Shown: positions 43,888 through 53,935, counted from the first letter of the stretch. The stretch is DNA of 64,000 nucleotides from an uncultured Candidatus Peribacteria bacterium (GCA_965231025.1 OZ246407.1:746935-810934), one strand, 5' to 3'. Notes: generated from the sequence alone by a model not told the origin. Translations and numbers: made by a program.

Positions 43888-45372
43888 ATGAAAAAAATCC
43901 TGAACTTCCTCATTGCCATCGTTGCCGTCGCGTTCATCGCCGCGGGGCTTTATGTTTTCGGACTTCCCCCGTTCCAGGCCGGCGGCCCATTCTACCCCGC
44001 GGCCCGGGTATCAACGACGCAGCAGCAACCGGCACAGCTTCCCGATTTTCTCGCAGAGGATAAAGTCACGAGAAGCAAAACCTACGCCGAACATATGACC
44101 CGGGGGCAACTGCTGGAGGAAAATAAATTCTACAGTCTCGCCATAGCGGAATACCAGCAGGCCAACGCCCTTGATCCAAACAACACCGATCCCTTCATAA
44201 AAATCGGGCGCATCCATCTGCTCACCGGGGACTACCCCAAAGCCCGGGACAATTTCCAGAAGGCCCTCAACCTGCAACCGGACAACATTGACGGAAAAAT
44301 GTACCTGGCCCGCACGCTTTTACAGGAACGCAAAATCGACGAGGCAAGAAACATTATCAATACCATTGTCGCGGACAACAACCAGACCGTTCAATATTAC
44401 AAGGGCATCCTGGCCGCCTACTTCGGCGACTACGAAAACGCCAAAAGACTTTTGAGCAAATCCATCGAGATCGGGAACTCACAGGACATCACCAAAAAAG
44501 CGCAAAATTATCTTGGAGCGTTCAGTGAATTTACCTTCAACCAGGGAGGGGCCCAATCGCACCTTAAAACACTTCTCGGCCGGAGCTACGCGCAAACCGG
44601 CGAATACCAGATGGCCATTCCCATGCTTTTTGAGGTCATCAAGGAGGAAAAAGATTACCGCGACGCCTGGATTATTCTCGGCTACAGCTACCTGAACACC
44701 GGAAAATACCAGGACGCGTCGGAAGCCCTTGAGCAGGCAAAGCGCCTCGACCCGCAAAAAGCCGAGACGTTCTTCTATCTGGGGCTCGCCTATTACGGCC
44801 AGAATAACCTGCAGCAGGCCGCGGTAAGTTTGGAGCAGGCAAAAAAACTCGGTTTTCAGCCCGTCATCCAGATAGACCAAAAACTCGCGGAGATATATCT
44901 TGAAATGAAACAGTACGACAAATCGGCGTTGAATTATGAAAACGTGGTGACGCTCAACGACGACAACATCAACTACTACATCCGACCCATGTGGCTCTAC
45001 ATCGAAAAACTTCATCAACCATCCAAAGCGGTCGCTCTGGCGCAAAAAGCCTTCGTGAGCCACCCGAACCAACCCATGAGTTACAACCTGCTGGGATGGG
45101 CCCTGGTAGGCGACGACCGGCTGGACGAAGCGGAAAAAAATCTCCAGCAAGCCCTGAATCTCGACCCGAAACTCGATGCCGCATACCTGAATTTCGGATG
45201 GCTGTGGGAAAAACGCGGCCAATCCGACAAAGCGCTCACCTTCTATTCCACCGCCCATAAAATGGGGAACGGCAATGCCATCAGCAACGCCGCCGCGGAA
45301 AGATACAACACCCTGATAGCAAAAGTAAAAACCAACACCAATATCGGACAAGCCAGCGTTATTGGAAACTAA
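43888..45372 (+). CDS. Membrane-anchored tetratricopeptide (TPR) repeat protein
   Basis: N-terminal TM segment (ILNFLIAIVAVAFIAAGLYVF), followed by multiple 34-aa TPR units (e.g. YSLAIAEYQQANALDPNN, ARDNFQKALNLQPDN). Confidence 0.8.
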   Translation: MKKILNFLIAIVAVAFIAAGLYVFGLPPFQAGGPFYPAARVSTTQQQPAQLPDFLAEDKVTRSKTYAEHMTRGQLLEENKFYSLAIAEYQQANALDPNNTDPFIKIGRIHLLTGDYPKARDNFQKALNLQPDNIDGKMYLARTLLQERKIDEARNIINTIVADNNQTVQYYKGILAAYFGDYENAKRLLSKSIEIGNSQDITKKAQNYLGAFSEFTFNQGGAQSHLKTLLGRSYAQTGEYQMAIPMLFEVIKEEKDYRDAWIILGYSYLNTGKYQDASEALEQAKRLDPQKAETFFYLGLAYYGQNNLQQAAVSLEQAKKLGFQPVIQIDQKLAEIYLEMKQYDKSALNYENVVTLNDDNINYYIRPMWLYIEKLHQPSKAVALAQKAFVSHPNQPMSYNLLGWALVGDDRLDEAEKNLQQALNLDPKLDAAYLNFGWLWEKRGQSDKALTFYSTAHKMGNGNAISNAAAERYNTLIAKVKTNTNIGQASVIGN

Positions 45373-45392
45373 TATCCACTAATCTCTCCCCC

Positions 45393-46205
45393 ATGACCGC
45401 GATCATGATGATTTTCCTGGCAGTACTCGGAGCCAGCGTCGGAAGCTTCCTCAGTGTCATAATCTACAGACTCAAGCACAAACAAAAAGGGGCGATCATC
45501 GGGCGGTCAAGATGCCCGCATTGCAAAAAAAATCTCGGCACGCTGGACCTTATTCCCGTACTCAACTACATCCTGCTCGGTGGACACTGCCGCTACTGTC
45601 ATGAACCGATTTCCCTCTACTACTTCTTCCTTGAAATCACCACAGCCCTGATTTTCCTGCTGATGTACCTGCGCTTTCCGTTCATCACGGAAACAGCCAT
45701 GCTCGGGAACTATTCCATCGACTGGCTGACCGCACTGCCGTTCCTCTTCTGGACCCTGAACGGCACTTTGCTCATCGGAATTTTCTTCTTCGACCTCCAG
45801 TACATGGAAATCCCGGATATCCTAATCTATCCCCTTATCGTGATAGCACTGGCTGGAACACTTATCACAAAATCGGTGGATTTCCCGAGCCTGCTCATTG
45901 CCATCGGCGCCGCCATCGTCTTCTTTGGCGGACAACGGCTGATCTCCAAAGGAAAATGGCTCGGTGAAGGCGACATTTACGTCGCCCTGGCGATGGCGGT
46001 GATGTTCGGATGGAAACTGTTTATTGTGGCGGTAAGCCTGAGTTACATGATCGGAGCCGTACTTTGCATCATCCTTCTGACCACAAAAGCGCTGAAAGTA
46101 AAATCCAAAATCCCTTTCGCGCCTTTCCTCGTCTTCGGAACTTTTGCTACCATCCTCTACGGTAACGAAATTTTGGCTTGGTACATGAATATTCTCAGTA
46201 TCTGA
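45393..46205 (+). CDS. pilD: Prepilin peptidase (A24 family, PilD-like)
   Basis: Cys-rich box CPHCKKNLGTLDLIPVLNYILLGGHCRYC, and the two catalytic Asp contexts (FFFDLQYMEIPD and LGEGDIYV). Polytopic membrane protein. Confidence 0.85.
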   Translation: MTAIMMIFLAVLGASVGSFLSVIIYRLKHKQKGAIIGRSRCPHCKKNLGTLDLIPVLNYILLGGHCRYCHEPISLYYFFLEITTALIFLLMYLRFPFITETAMLGNYSIDWLTALPFLFWTLNGTLLIGIFFFDLQYMEIPDILIYPLIVIALAGTLITKSVDFPSLLIAIGAAIVFFGGQRLISKGKWLGEGDIYVALAMAVMFGWKLFIVAVSLSYMIGAVLCIILLTTKALKVKSKIPFAPFLVFGTFATILYGNEILAWYMNILSI

Positions 46206-46206
46206 C

Positions 46207-47751
46207 ATGAACGAAAAAAAAGTCTATCTGATGATCCTTGATGGGTTTGGGGAAGGAAAAGAGTATCCCGGAAACGCCGTTACTCACGCCAAAATGCCGA
46301 ATCTCAAACGGCTGAGGGAGAAATATCCCGTAACCCTGCTCAAAGCCGACGGAGAAAGTGTGGGACTTCCGGCTGGAACCCAGGGCGGATCGGAAGTAGG
46401 GCACTTCACCATGGGAGCGGGCAGAGTCATTTTCCAGACCCTCGAAGAGATCAACCGGTCGATACGCAACGGTGAATTTTTTACAAAGCCCGCCTTTCTG
46501 GAAGCGTGCGAACGCGTTGTAAAGTCCGAAAAAGCCGCCCTCCATCTTCTGGGAATGATCTCCGACCAGGGCGTTCACTCGCACCTTGACCATCTTTTCG
46601 CCCTCATGAAGCTGGCCAAAGACCGGGGAGTCGTCAAAACCTACATCCACGCCATTACCGACGGACGTGACGTTCCGGAAAAATCCGCGGACAAATACAT
46701 CAAAACGATCCAGGACAAAATCATGGAACTCGGAATGGGCCCGGGCTCAACCACCGAGGCAAAAATCGCCACGATGATCGGCCGTTACTACGCCATGGAC
46801 CGGGATACGAACTGGGACAGGACACAAATCGCCTATGACCTGTATACCCAAACAAAGGGAACGGCTGAAACCGATCCCCTCCAGGCGCTTCAAAACGCCT
46901 ACAAGCGCGGAGCAAAAACCGATTACTATATTGACGCAGTGGTGTTTGATGAGCACGGAAAGATCATGGACAAAGACTCCGTGATTTTCTGGAATTTCCG
47001 CACCGACCGGACCCGCCAGATCACCCAGGCCTTCACCGGCGAAACGGAAATCGGGTTCAAACCGGATAAAGCCGTCCGGCCGTTCTTCGTCTGTTTCGGC
47101 GATTACTCAAAAGTCGCCCCCGTCGTCTTCCCGACCGTTAAAGTCAAAAACAACCTCGGCGAAGTCGTCGAGCGGCAAAACCTGAAACAGTTGCGCATAG
47201 CCGAAACCGAAAAATACGCGCACGTCACCTATTTTTTCAACAGCCAGGTCGAAGCTCCGTTCAAAAACGAAGACCGGATCCTCATAGATTCGCCAAAAAC
47301 GCCGTCTTACGCGCAACAACCCGAGATGAGCGCCCGGGCGGTCACGGACGCGGTCCTCAAAGAGATCGATAAAAAGACCTACAGCCTGATCGTCCAAAAC
47401 TTCGCCAATACGGATCTGGTCGGACACTCCGGCGATTACAAAGCCACCGTTACGGCATGTGAAGTCATCGATGAATGCATCGGCCGCATCTCGGAAAAAA
47501 CGCTCTCATCCGGCTATGACCTCATCATCACCGCAGACCATGGAAACGCCGAATATATGATCTACGAAGAGAACGGCGAACCCTGCCCTTCGCACACCAG
47601 AAATCCTGTCATTTTCCTTGTGGTATCCTCAGGATACGAAAAAACGAAATTGCGCCAGGGTGGAACCCTGGAAGATATCGCGCCAACCATTCTCAAAATG
47701 CTGGAGATTCAGCAACCCGACGTAATGACTGGGAAATCCCTTATTCAATGA
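46207..47751 (+). CDS. gpmI: 2,3-bisphosphoglycerate-independent phosphoglycerate mutase
   Basis: The sequence carries LMILDGFGEG, GSEVGHFTMGAGR, SDQGVHSH, TDGRD, ETEKYAHVTYFFN, NFANTDLVGHSG and ITADHGNAE. Confidence 0.92.
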   Translation: MNEKKVYLMILDGFGEGKEYPGNAVTHAKMPNLKRLREKYPVTLLKADGESVGLPAGTQGGSEVGHFTMGAGRVIFQTLEEINRSIRNGEFFTKPAFLEACERVVKSEKAALHLLGMISDQGVHSHLDHLFALMKLAKDRGVVKTYIHAITDGRDVPEKSADKYIKTIQDKIMELGMGPGSTTEAKIATMIGRYYAMDRDTNWDRTQIAYDLYTQTKGTAETDPLQALQNAYKRGAKTDYYIDAVVFDEHGKIMDKDSVIFWNFRTDRTRQITQAFTGETEIGFKPDKAVRPFFVCFGDYSKVAPVVFPTVKVKNNLGEVVERQNLKQLRIAETEKYAHVTYFFNSQVEAPFKNEDRILIDSPKTPSYAQQPEMSARAVTDAVLKEIDKKTYSLIVQNFANTDLVGHSGDYKATVTACEVIDECIGRISEKTLSSGYDLIITADHGNAEYMIYEENGEPCPSHTRNPVIFLVVSSGYEKTKLRQGGTLEDIAPTILKMLEIQQPDVMTGKSLIQ

Positions 47752-47761
47752 CCAAAATTGC

Positions 47762-48841
47762 ATGAAAGCAGTGATCATGGCGGGTGGAACCGGTACCAGA
47801 CTCTGGCCCCTGAGCCGCACGAATAAACCAAAGCAGTTCCAAAAACTCGTGAGCAACAACACCATGCTCCAGGACACACTGGCGCGCCTGGACTTCTTAA
47901 AGCCGCAGGATATTTTCGTTTCCACGAACTCCGAATACGAAAATGTCGTCCGCGAACAAACCAGAGGGATTGTCCCTCCGCAAAACATTATCCTGGAACC
48001 GGCGCTGCGTGACACGGCCCCCTCCATCGGTCTTGCCGCCACCTATCTGGCAAAAAAACACCCGAAGGAAGTCATGGCCATCATCTATGCGGACCACCTC
48101 ATTCAAAAAAAAGACGAATTCGTCAAAAAACTGAAACTAGCGGAAAAACTGGCGAGGGACGAAAACACGCTCAATATCATTGAAGTAAAAGCCAAGTTTC
48201 CGAACGTAAACCTGGGATACGTAAAGATCGGGAAAATGCTCAGGGAAATCAACGGAATCGAAGTTTTTGCATTCGAGAAATTTACGGAAAAACCGGACCT
48301 CAAAACCGCCATCGGCTTCCTGAACTCATACAAATATCTCTGGAATACGGGACTCTATGTCTGGCGGGTTGAAACCATTCTCAACAAATTCAAAAAACAT
48401 CTTCCTCATACCTACTCAAGGTTGCAGAGAATCCAGAAAAGCCTGGGGACAAAAAACGAAAAAAACTCGATCCAGACACACTACCCCATGTGCGACAAAA
48501 TCTCGATCGACTACGGTATCATGGAAAAAATCGACCCAAGGGAAGTAAGGATTATTCCCGCAGAACTCGGATGGAGCGACGTGGGCACATGGGATTCCAT
48601 CTTCAGCGAACTGACCCGCAACAAAGAGAACAACCTCATCAAGGGGAAACACGTCGGAATTGACACCCAGGGATCACTTATCTATGGTACCAAAGGTAAG
48701 CTCATCGCGACCATCGGGATCAAGGATCTTGTGATCGTGGAAACGGACGACGCGGTACTCATCTGCGACAAAAAACGCAGCCACGACGTCAAAAAAATCG
48801 TCGAAAAATTGCAGAAATCAAACTTCAAGAAATTACTGTAA
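47762..48841 (+). CDS. manC: Mannose-1-phosphate guanylyltransferase (nucleotidyltransferase domain only)
   Basis: The sequence carries MKAVIMAGGTGTRLWPLSR and EPALRDTAPSI, with a left-handed helix C-terminus. Confidence 0.85.
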   Translation: MKAVIMAGGTGTRLWPLSRTNKPKQFQKLVSNNTMLQDTLARLDFLKPQDIFVSTNSEYENVVREQTRGIVPPQNIILEPALRDTAPSIGLAATYLAKKHPKEVMAIIYADHLIQKKDEFVKKLKLAEKLARDENTLNIIEVKAKFPNVNLGYVKIGKMLREINGIEVFAFEKFTEKPDLKTAIGFLNSYKYLWNTGLYVWRVETILNKFKKHLPHTYSRLQRIQKSLGTKNEKNSIQTHYPMCDKISIDYGIMEKIDPREVRIIPAELGWSDVGTWDSIFSELTRNKENNLIKGKHVGIDTQGSLIYGTKGKLIATIGIKDLVIVETDDAVLICDKKRSHDVKKIVEKLQKSNFKKLL

Positions 48842-48847
48842 TATAGT

Positions 48848-49261
48848 ATGTCACAACAAATTCCCGTACAAATCAAAGAAAAACCCTGGGGACGCGAAGT
48901 CTGGTTCGCTCACACGGATCACTACGCGGGTAAAATCCTCGAAGTGCGCAAAGGAGCGCGCCTTTCGCTGCAGTATCACGAAAAAAAGACTGAAACCCAG
49001 TACCTCTACGAAGGAAAAGTTAAATTGACGTATGGCACGGACGAAAAAAACCTGAAAGAGATGATATTAAGTCCTGGTGACAAGTTTGACATATATCCAT
49101 ATACTATCCACCGCATTGAAGGACTGGAGGATTCAAAAATCTTCGAAGTTTCTTCACCAGAGCTTGATGACGTCGTAAAACTCGCCGACGATTACGGCAG
49201 ATCCGGAAAAGGCAACAACGAGGATCTCGACCGGCAGCTCTCCCACAACCTCCGCAAATAA
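48848..49261 (+). CDS. Cupin-domain protein (type II phosphomannose isomerase-like C-terminal module)
   Basis: The sequence EKPWGREVWFAHTDHYAGKILEVRKGARLSLQYHEKKTETQYLYEG...IHRIE matches the cupin half that is usually fused to ManC. Confidence 0.7.
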   Translation: MSQQIPVQIKEKPWGREVWFAHTDHYAGKILEVRKGARLSLQYHEKKTETQYLYEGKVKLTYGTDEKNLKEMILSPGDKFDIYPYTIHRIEGLEDSKIFEVSSPELDDVVKLADDYGRSGKGNNEDLDRQLSHNLRK

Positions 49262-49291
49262 TTTTTTAAAACTATTATCCACTAACACTCT

Positions 49292-52200
49292 ATGAAGAAA
49301 CGTCACTTCCTTAAGGTGGGTGCCATCCTCCTCACCGCATTCATCCTGGGCTTTGTTAATTTGCCCGGAGATCAACAAAAATCAATCCTGTCATTGACCC
49401 CTCAGGGACTCCTCGACCAGAAATACCACCTTGGCCTGGATCTTCAGGGAGGTTCCCAGCTCGATTACAAAATCGATCTGCGGAAAGTACCGCCAGCCGA
49501 TCAAAAAGCCATCATTGACGGCGTGGTCAACGTCATCAACAACCGCGTAAACGGATTGGGCGTTTCCGAACCGAACATTTATCTTTCAAACGTCGGTGAA
49601 GAACAACACTTGATCGTTGAACTCGCCGGTATCAAAGACCTGGAAGAAGCCAAAAAAGTTGTCGGCAAGACCATTCAGCTTGAGTTCAAGGAACAGCGGA
49701 CCACCCCGGATCCAAACGCCGCCGACAAGATGAAAACCCAGGCACAGGACTTTCTTGACCGGGTGAAAAAAGGTGCGGACCTCGGTGTCGCCGGGAAGGA
49801 AGAACAACTCGCCAATCCTGAAAAAGTGATCTTCAACGACGTCGACTATCAATTCAAGGACGGCGTTTCCCCGACCCTCGCAGAAATGCTCTTTAATACA
49901 CTGAAGGTCGGTGAAATTTCCCCTGAACTCATCCCGGCCCAGGGGGAATACAGCCTGGATCCGAGTGGGAACCTCATACAGACCAACGGCTTCTACGTCG
50001 TCAAACTTATCGACAAACGGGATCAGGAAAAGGTAAACGAGCAAAAACGCGAAGTAAAAGTGAGCCACATTCTCATCTCGTACAAAGGGGCCACCCGTGC
50101 CGATGCCAAAGTTACCCGTACCCAGGATGAGGCCAAAACCCGCGCCGAAGAGGTGTTCAAAAAACTTCAGTCCGGAGGGAAATTTGAAGACCTGGCCAAA
50201 GAGTATTCCGACGACGCCTCCAACAGCACCACGGGCGGCACACTCGCCGACCCGGTGACTGACGGGAAAAAACTGTACGCCCCGGAATTTGAAAGCGCCT
50301 CCCTTGCACTCGCAAAAGCCGGAGACTTCTCCCCTGTGACCAAAACGGAATTCGGATTCCACCTCATCAAAGCGGACAGCGTCAAAGAGGCTTCAAGCGA
50401 GAAAAAAATGGAACCCCAGGTAAAATTCCAGAGAGTGTTCTTCAGTTCCGCTCCGGACTCATGGCAGGACACCGGACTCACAGGACAACAGTTCGTCCAT
50501 GCGGACGTTCAGTTCGACCAGCTCTACCAGCCGTACGTTTCCATCCAGTTCAATGATGAAGGAGCAAAACTTTTTGAAGAGATCACCCAACGGAACGTCA
50601 ATAAACCTGTCGCGATCTTCGTCGGAGGACAGCTTATCTCCGCTCCGAACGTCCGTGAAAAAATCAGCGGCGGCAAAGCTCAGATCAGCGGCCGCTACAC
50701 AGTCGACGAAGCGGGTGACCTCGCGCGCGACCTGAACACCGGAGCCATTCCGGCGCCGGTCGTACTCGCAGGCCAATACTCCATCGGAGCGACGCTCGGT
50801 CAGGACGCCCTCTCCAAGAGCCTTGGAGCCGGTCTCATCGGATTCCTGCTCGTAGCCATCTTCATGATTATTTTCTACCGCCTCCCCGGACTGCTCGCGA
50901 CCGTCGCGCTGGGCGTCTACTCAATGATCATGTTGTTTTTGATCAAGGTCGCCCTTCCTCTGTGGATCGCTATTTCCCTCGCCCTCATCATCTTCGTGGT
51001 TCTCGTGATGAAAGTGATGAACTCACGTGATTCGGGACCGGAAAAAGCTCTCGGGCTGCTCCTCTCCTGCTTCATTCTTTTCTTCGTGACTTTCCTCCTG
51101 TCCACACCGATTGTCATGACTCTGGCAGGTATTGCCGGAGTTGTCCTTTCCATCGGTATGGCCGTGGACGCGAACATTCTCATCTTTGAAAGAGTAAAAG
51201 AAGAACTCCGTGACGGCAGAACATTGAGCTCCGCCATCGAAATCGGCTTCGACCGCGCCTGGAACAGTATCCGCGATTCGAACTTCTCCTCCCTTATCAC
51301 CTGCGGAATTTTGTTCTACTTCGGCAGTTCGATCATCCAGGGATTTGCCTTCAACCTTGCCGCGGGTATCCTTGTTTCCATGTTCACCGCCATCACGGTC
51401 TCCAAGACCCTGCTGTCGGCGCTCGTGAACACCAAACTCGCCGAAAACCTCTGGCTCTTCGGCGCTCCAAAACATAAGGAAGGAAAAAAGATCCCAATTA
51501 TTCAAAACAGGAAACTCACCTATTACATCTCCGGATCCCTTCTTCTCATCGCCATTATCGGTATTCCAATTTTCGGCATTAAACTGGGATTGGACTTCAC
51601 CGGAGGAACATTGATGGAGTTCAAGTTCGCGAAACCGGACGTGACTATCCAGCAAATCGAAAAGGCACTCACCGAAACCGCAGACAAATTAAACAAGGAC
51701 GGCGCGCTCGCTCCGGCAGCACCGGCTCCATCCGCAACCGGATCCACACAGGCAGCCGCCCCGGCAACCTCCAACGATGCACAACTTACCGGTGGTGAAG
51801 ACAGCAAAATCGACCTCGGTACTCCTCACATCGTTCCAAGTGAAAATGGATTCATCATCAAAACACGGCATATCGGAACCTCCGCCCATGACCGGATGAT
51901 TCCGGAACTCAAAAAAGCCCTCGGAGACTTTGAAGAAACCCGCTTTACGACCGTCGGACCGACCGTGGGTGAAAGCCTGCGTTACCGGGCATTCTTCGCC
52001 GTCGGAGTGGCAAGCTTGATGATCGTGCTCTATATCGCCTTCGCATTCCGCAAAATACCCCGGCATATCGGCCAATGGAGATTCGGCGTATCGGCCGTCG
52101 TAGCCATGCTCCATGACCTTGGTATCATGCTTGGGATCTACGTCTACTTCGGCGTGTTCTTCGGAGTGGAAGTCGACGCGCTGTTCATCACGGCCATGCT

Positions 52201-52525
52201 TACCGTCCTCGGCTTCTCGGTCCACGACACCATCGTGGTATTCGATCGTATCCGTGAAAAACTGAAATACCAGAAACGTGACGAAAGCTTCGCGGATATC
52301 GCCAACCAGGCGGTCAACGAAACCATCGCCCGTTCGATCAATACCTCCTTCTCGGTATTCCTCACGCTCCTGGCCCTTGCCATATTCGGAAGCGAAACCA
52401 TCCGGTTCTTTGTCCTCGCGCTGATGGTGGGTATCGTCGCCGGCACGTACTCCTCAATTTTCGTGGCTTCACCGATCCTTGTGGACTGGCAGGAGTATGC
52501 CAAGAAACAGAAGGAGAAAAAATAA
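49292..52525 (+). CDS. secDF: SecD-SecF fusion with parvulin-type PPIase module(s) inserted in the SecD periplasmic head
   Basis: SecD blocks: LGLDLQGGSQLDY, GVSEPNIYLSNVGEEQHLIVELAGI, VAIFVGGQLISAPNVREKISGG. SecF blocks: LGLDFTGGTLMEF and the RND-like TM bundle. Between them (about 50050-50380) is VKVSHILISYKG...KFEDLAKEYSDD...GGTL...EFGFHLIKAD, which is a PpiC/parvulin signature. Confidence 0.85.
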   Translation: MKKRHFLKVGAILLTAFILGFVNLPGDQQKSILSLTPQGLLDQKYHLGLDLQGGSQLDYKIDLRKVPPADQKAIIDGVVNVINNRVNGLGVSEPNIYLSNVGEEQHLIVELAGIKDLEEAKKVVGKTIQLEFKEQRTTPDPNAADKMKTQAQDFLDRVKKGADLGVAGKEEQLANPEKVIFNDVDYQFKDGVSPTLAEMLFNTLKVGEISPELIPAQGEYSLDPSGNLIQTNGFYVVKLIDKRDQEKVNEQKREVKVSHILISYKGATRADAKVTRTQDEAKTRAEEVFKKLQSGGKFEDLAKEYSDDASNSTTGGTLADPVTDGKKLYAPEFESASLALAKAGDFSPVTKTEFGFHLIKADSVKEASSEKKMEPQVKFQRVFFSSAPDSWQDTGLTGQQFVHADVQFDQLYQPYVSIQFNDEGAKLFEEITQRNVNKPVAIFVGGQLISAPNVREKISGGKAQISGRYTVDEAGDLARDLNTGAIPAPVVLAGQYSIGATLGQDALSKSLGAGLIGFLLVAIFMIIFYRLPGLLATVALGVYSMIMLFLIKVALPLWIAISLALIIFVVLVMKVMNSRDSGPEKALGLLLSCFILFFVTFLLSTPIVMTLAGIAGVVLSIGMAVDANILIFERVKEELRDGRTLSSAIEIGFDRAWNSIRDSNFSSLITCGILFYFGSSIIQGFAFNLAAGILVSMFTAITVSKTLLSALVNTKLAENLWLFGAPKHKEGKKIPIIQNRKLTYYISGSLLLIAIIGIPIFGIKLGLDFTGGTLMEFKFAKPDVTIQQIEKALTETADKLNKDGALAPAAPAPSATGSTQAAAPATSNDAQLTGGEDSKIDLGTPHIVPSENGFIIKTRHIGTSAHDRMIPELKKALGDFEETRFTTVGPTVGESLRYRAFFAVGVASLMIVLYIAFAFRKIPRHIGQWRFGVSAVVAMLHDLGIMLGIYVYFGVFFGVEVDALFITAMLTVLGFSVHDTIVVFDRIREKLKYQKRDESFADIANQAVNETIARSINTSFSVFLTLLALAIFGSETIRFFVLALMVGIVAGTYSSIFVASPILVDWQEYAKKQKEKK

Positions 52526-52541
52526 AGTCCTTCCCATCAAC

Positions 52542-52581
52542 AAAATCCCGCCCTGCCCGTATGGTCTCGGCGGGATTTTTT
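52542..52581 (+). terminator. Intrinsic terminator after secDF
   Basis: aaaatcccgcc-(16-nt loop)-ggcgggatttttt, 17 nt after the stop. Confidence 0.6.
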
Positions 52582-52612
52582 GTGAAAACTCATGTATAAT
52601 GAAAAAAGCTGT

Positions 52613-52689
52613 GCGCCAGTAGCTCAGCTGGATAGAGCGTTGGTCTTCGGAACCAAAGGTCGCGGGTTCGACTCCCTCCTGGCGCACCA
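52613..52689 (+). tRNA. tRNA-Arg (anticodon UCG), CCA encoded
   Basis: The sequence is GCGCCAGTAGCTCAGCTGGATAGAGCGTTGGTCTTCGGAACCAAAGGTCGCGGGTTCGACTCCCTCCTGGCGCACCA. The acceptor stem is perfect, the anticodon stem is TTGGT/ACCAA and the loop is CTTCGGA. There is one C-T mismatch in the T stem. Confidence 0.85.
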
Positions 52690-52706
52690 TGCAACTTATT
52701 CGTGAT

Positions 52707-53585
52707 ATGAAAGAAAAAACCAAAACCACCGTTTCGGAACTCGGGCTGCTTTACTGTGTCGTCGCGTGGGGATCGACCTTTTTTATCATCAAAGACATTC
52801 TGGCCTTCATCTCACCGCTGCAGCTGGTGGGGTACCGATATCTTTTTGCGGGATTGATCGCAGGGGGAATCCTCATATTTCAGCGAAAAAACCCTTTTAA
52901 AAACTGGAAAGAGGGTCTCATCCTCGGTCTGATGATCTTCTTCATCAACGCTCCGCAAACCCTCGGATTAAAATTCACTTCCGCCTCGAATTCAGCCTTC
53001 ATCACCGGCCTGTTCATCATCTTTGTCCCGGTCTTCACCTACCTCCTGACAAAAAAAACGCCGTCGCCAAAACGACTGATTCCGATAGGATTGGCATTGC
53101 TGGGATTATGGATGCTGACCGGTGGAATCCATGGAATCAACCAGGGAGACCTCCTTACCCTGATCACCGCAATGGTCGTTGGACTTCAGATCGTGGCCGT
53201 TGAACGGATCATAAAAAAAGGAGGAGACCCGTTTATACTATTGTTTCAACAGTTCGCCATTACGGCGATATTTTCATTCATACTGGAAATCATTTTAGGC
53301 AAAGGAAACTCGATGGTCCTCGATCAACGGACCGTCTGGCCCATCATCTATCTTGCATTGATGGGAACATTTTTCCCGCTTCTGATTCAGTTTTTCGCGC
53401 AAAAACATGTAAATACCATCAAAGTCAGCCTCTACTTCAGCCTTGAACCGTTATTTGCATTACTGTTCGCCTGGATGGTCGGCCAGGAATTTTTCGTTGC
53501 GGAACGTACCATCGGAGGACTGCTGATCGTCGTCGCGATTATCCTGAGCGAAATCATTGAAAAAAAGATTGAAAAAGTTATATGA
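52707..53585 (+). CDS. EamA/DMT-family transporter (10-TM type)
   Basis: The protein is polytopic, with duplicated EamA-like halves. I prefer the ATG at 52707 (MKEKTK), because the track ATG at 52689 shares its A with the last base of the tRNA CCA. Confidence 0.75.
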   Translation: MKEKTKTTVSELGLLYCVVAWGSTFFIIKDILAFISPLQLVGYRYLFAGLIAGGILIFQRKNPFKNWKEGLILGLMIFFINAPQTLGLKFTSASNSAFITGLFIIFVPVFTYLLTKKTPSPKRLIPIGLALLGLWMLTGGIHGINQGDLLTLITAMVVGLQIVAVERIIKKGGDPFILLFQQFAITAIFSFILEIILGKGNSMVLDQRTVWPIIYLALMGTFFPLLIQFFAQKHVNTIKVSLYFSLEPLFALLFAWMVGQEFFVAERTIGGLLIVVAIILSEIIEKKIEKVI

Positions 53586-53614
53586 TGACACCGTAATTCC
53601 CTATTCCCACCCAT

Positions 53615-53935
53615 ATGGCAGGAGAGTACATACAATCCGACACCATCGAACAATACTGGAAAGAACTGAAAGGGATTTACAGAGAAAAAGCCGGCGACTG
53701 GAAAGATATCTCCGCGGAAGAGTACAACGGCATTGAACGCAGCGAACGGGAAGACAGCGACAACCACCTCAACGAAGAACGACTGGGCAAAGACACCCAG
53801 GTCATCGACGTTTGTAAGTACAAATTCCTTCCCGAACGCAAAATCGCCTACCACGTCCAGCTCATCCATAACGACGGAACGAAAAAGAACGAGTTCTTCC
53901 TGATTACTTTGAAAGAAGGGATTGCAGTAAACTGA
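53615..53935 (+). CDS. Hypothetical protein (106 aa)
   Basis: The ORF has ordinary composition and is the last gene of the long + strand block. No domain recognised. Confidence 0.4.
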   Translation: MAGEYIQSDTIEQYWKELKGIYREKAGDWKDISAEEYNGIERSEREDSDNHLNEERLGKDTQVIDVCKYKFLPERKIAYHVQLIHNDGTKKNEFFLITLKEGIAVN

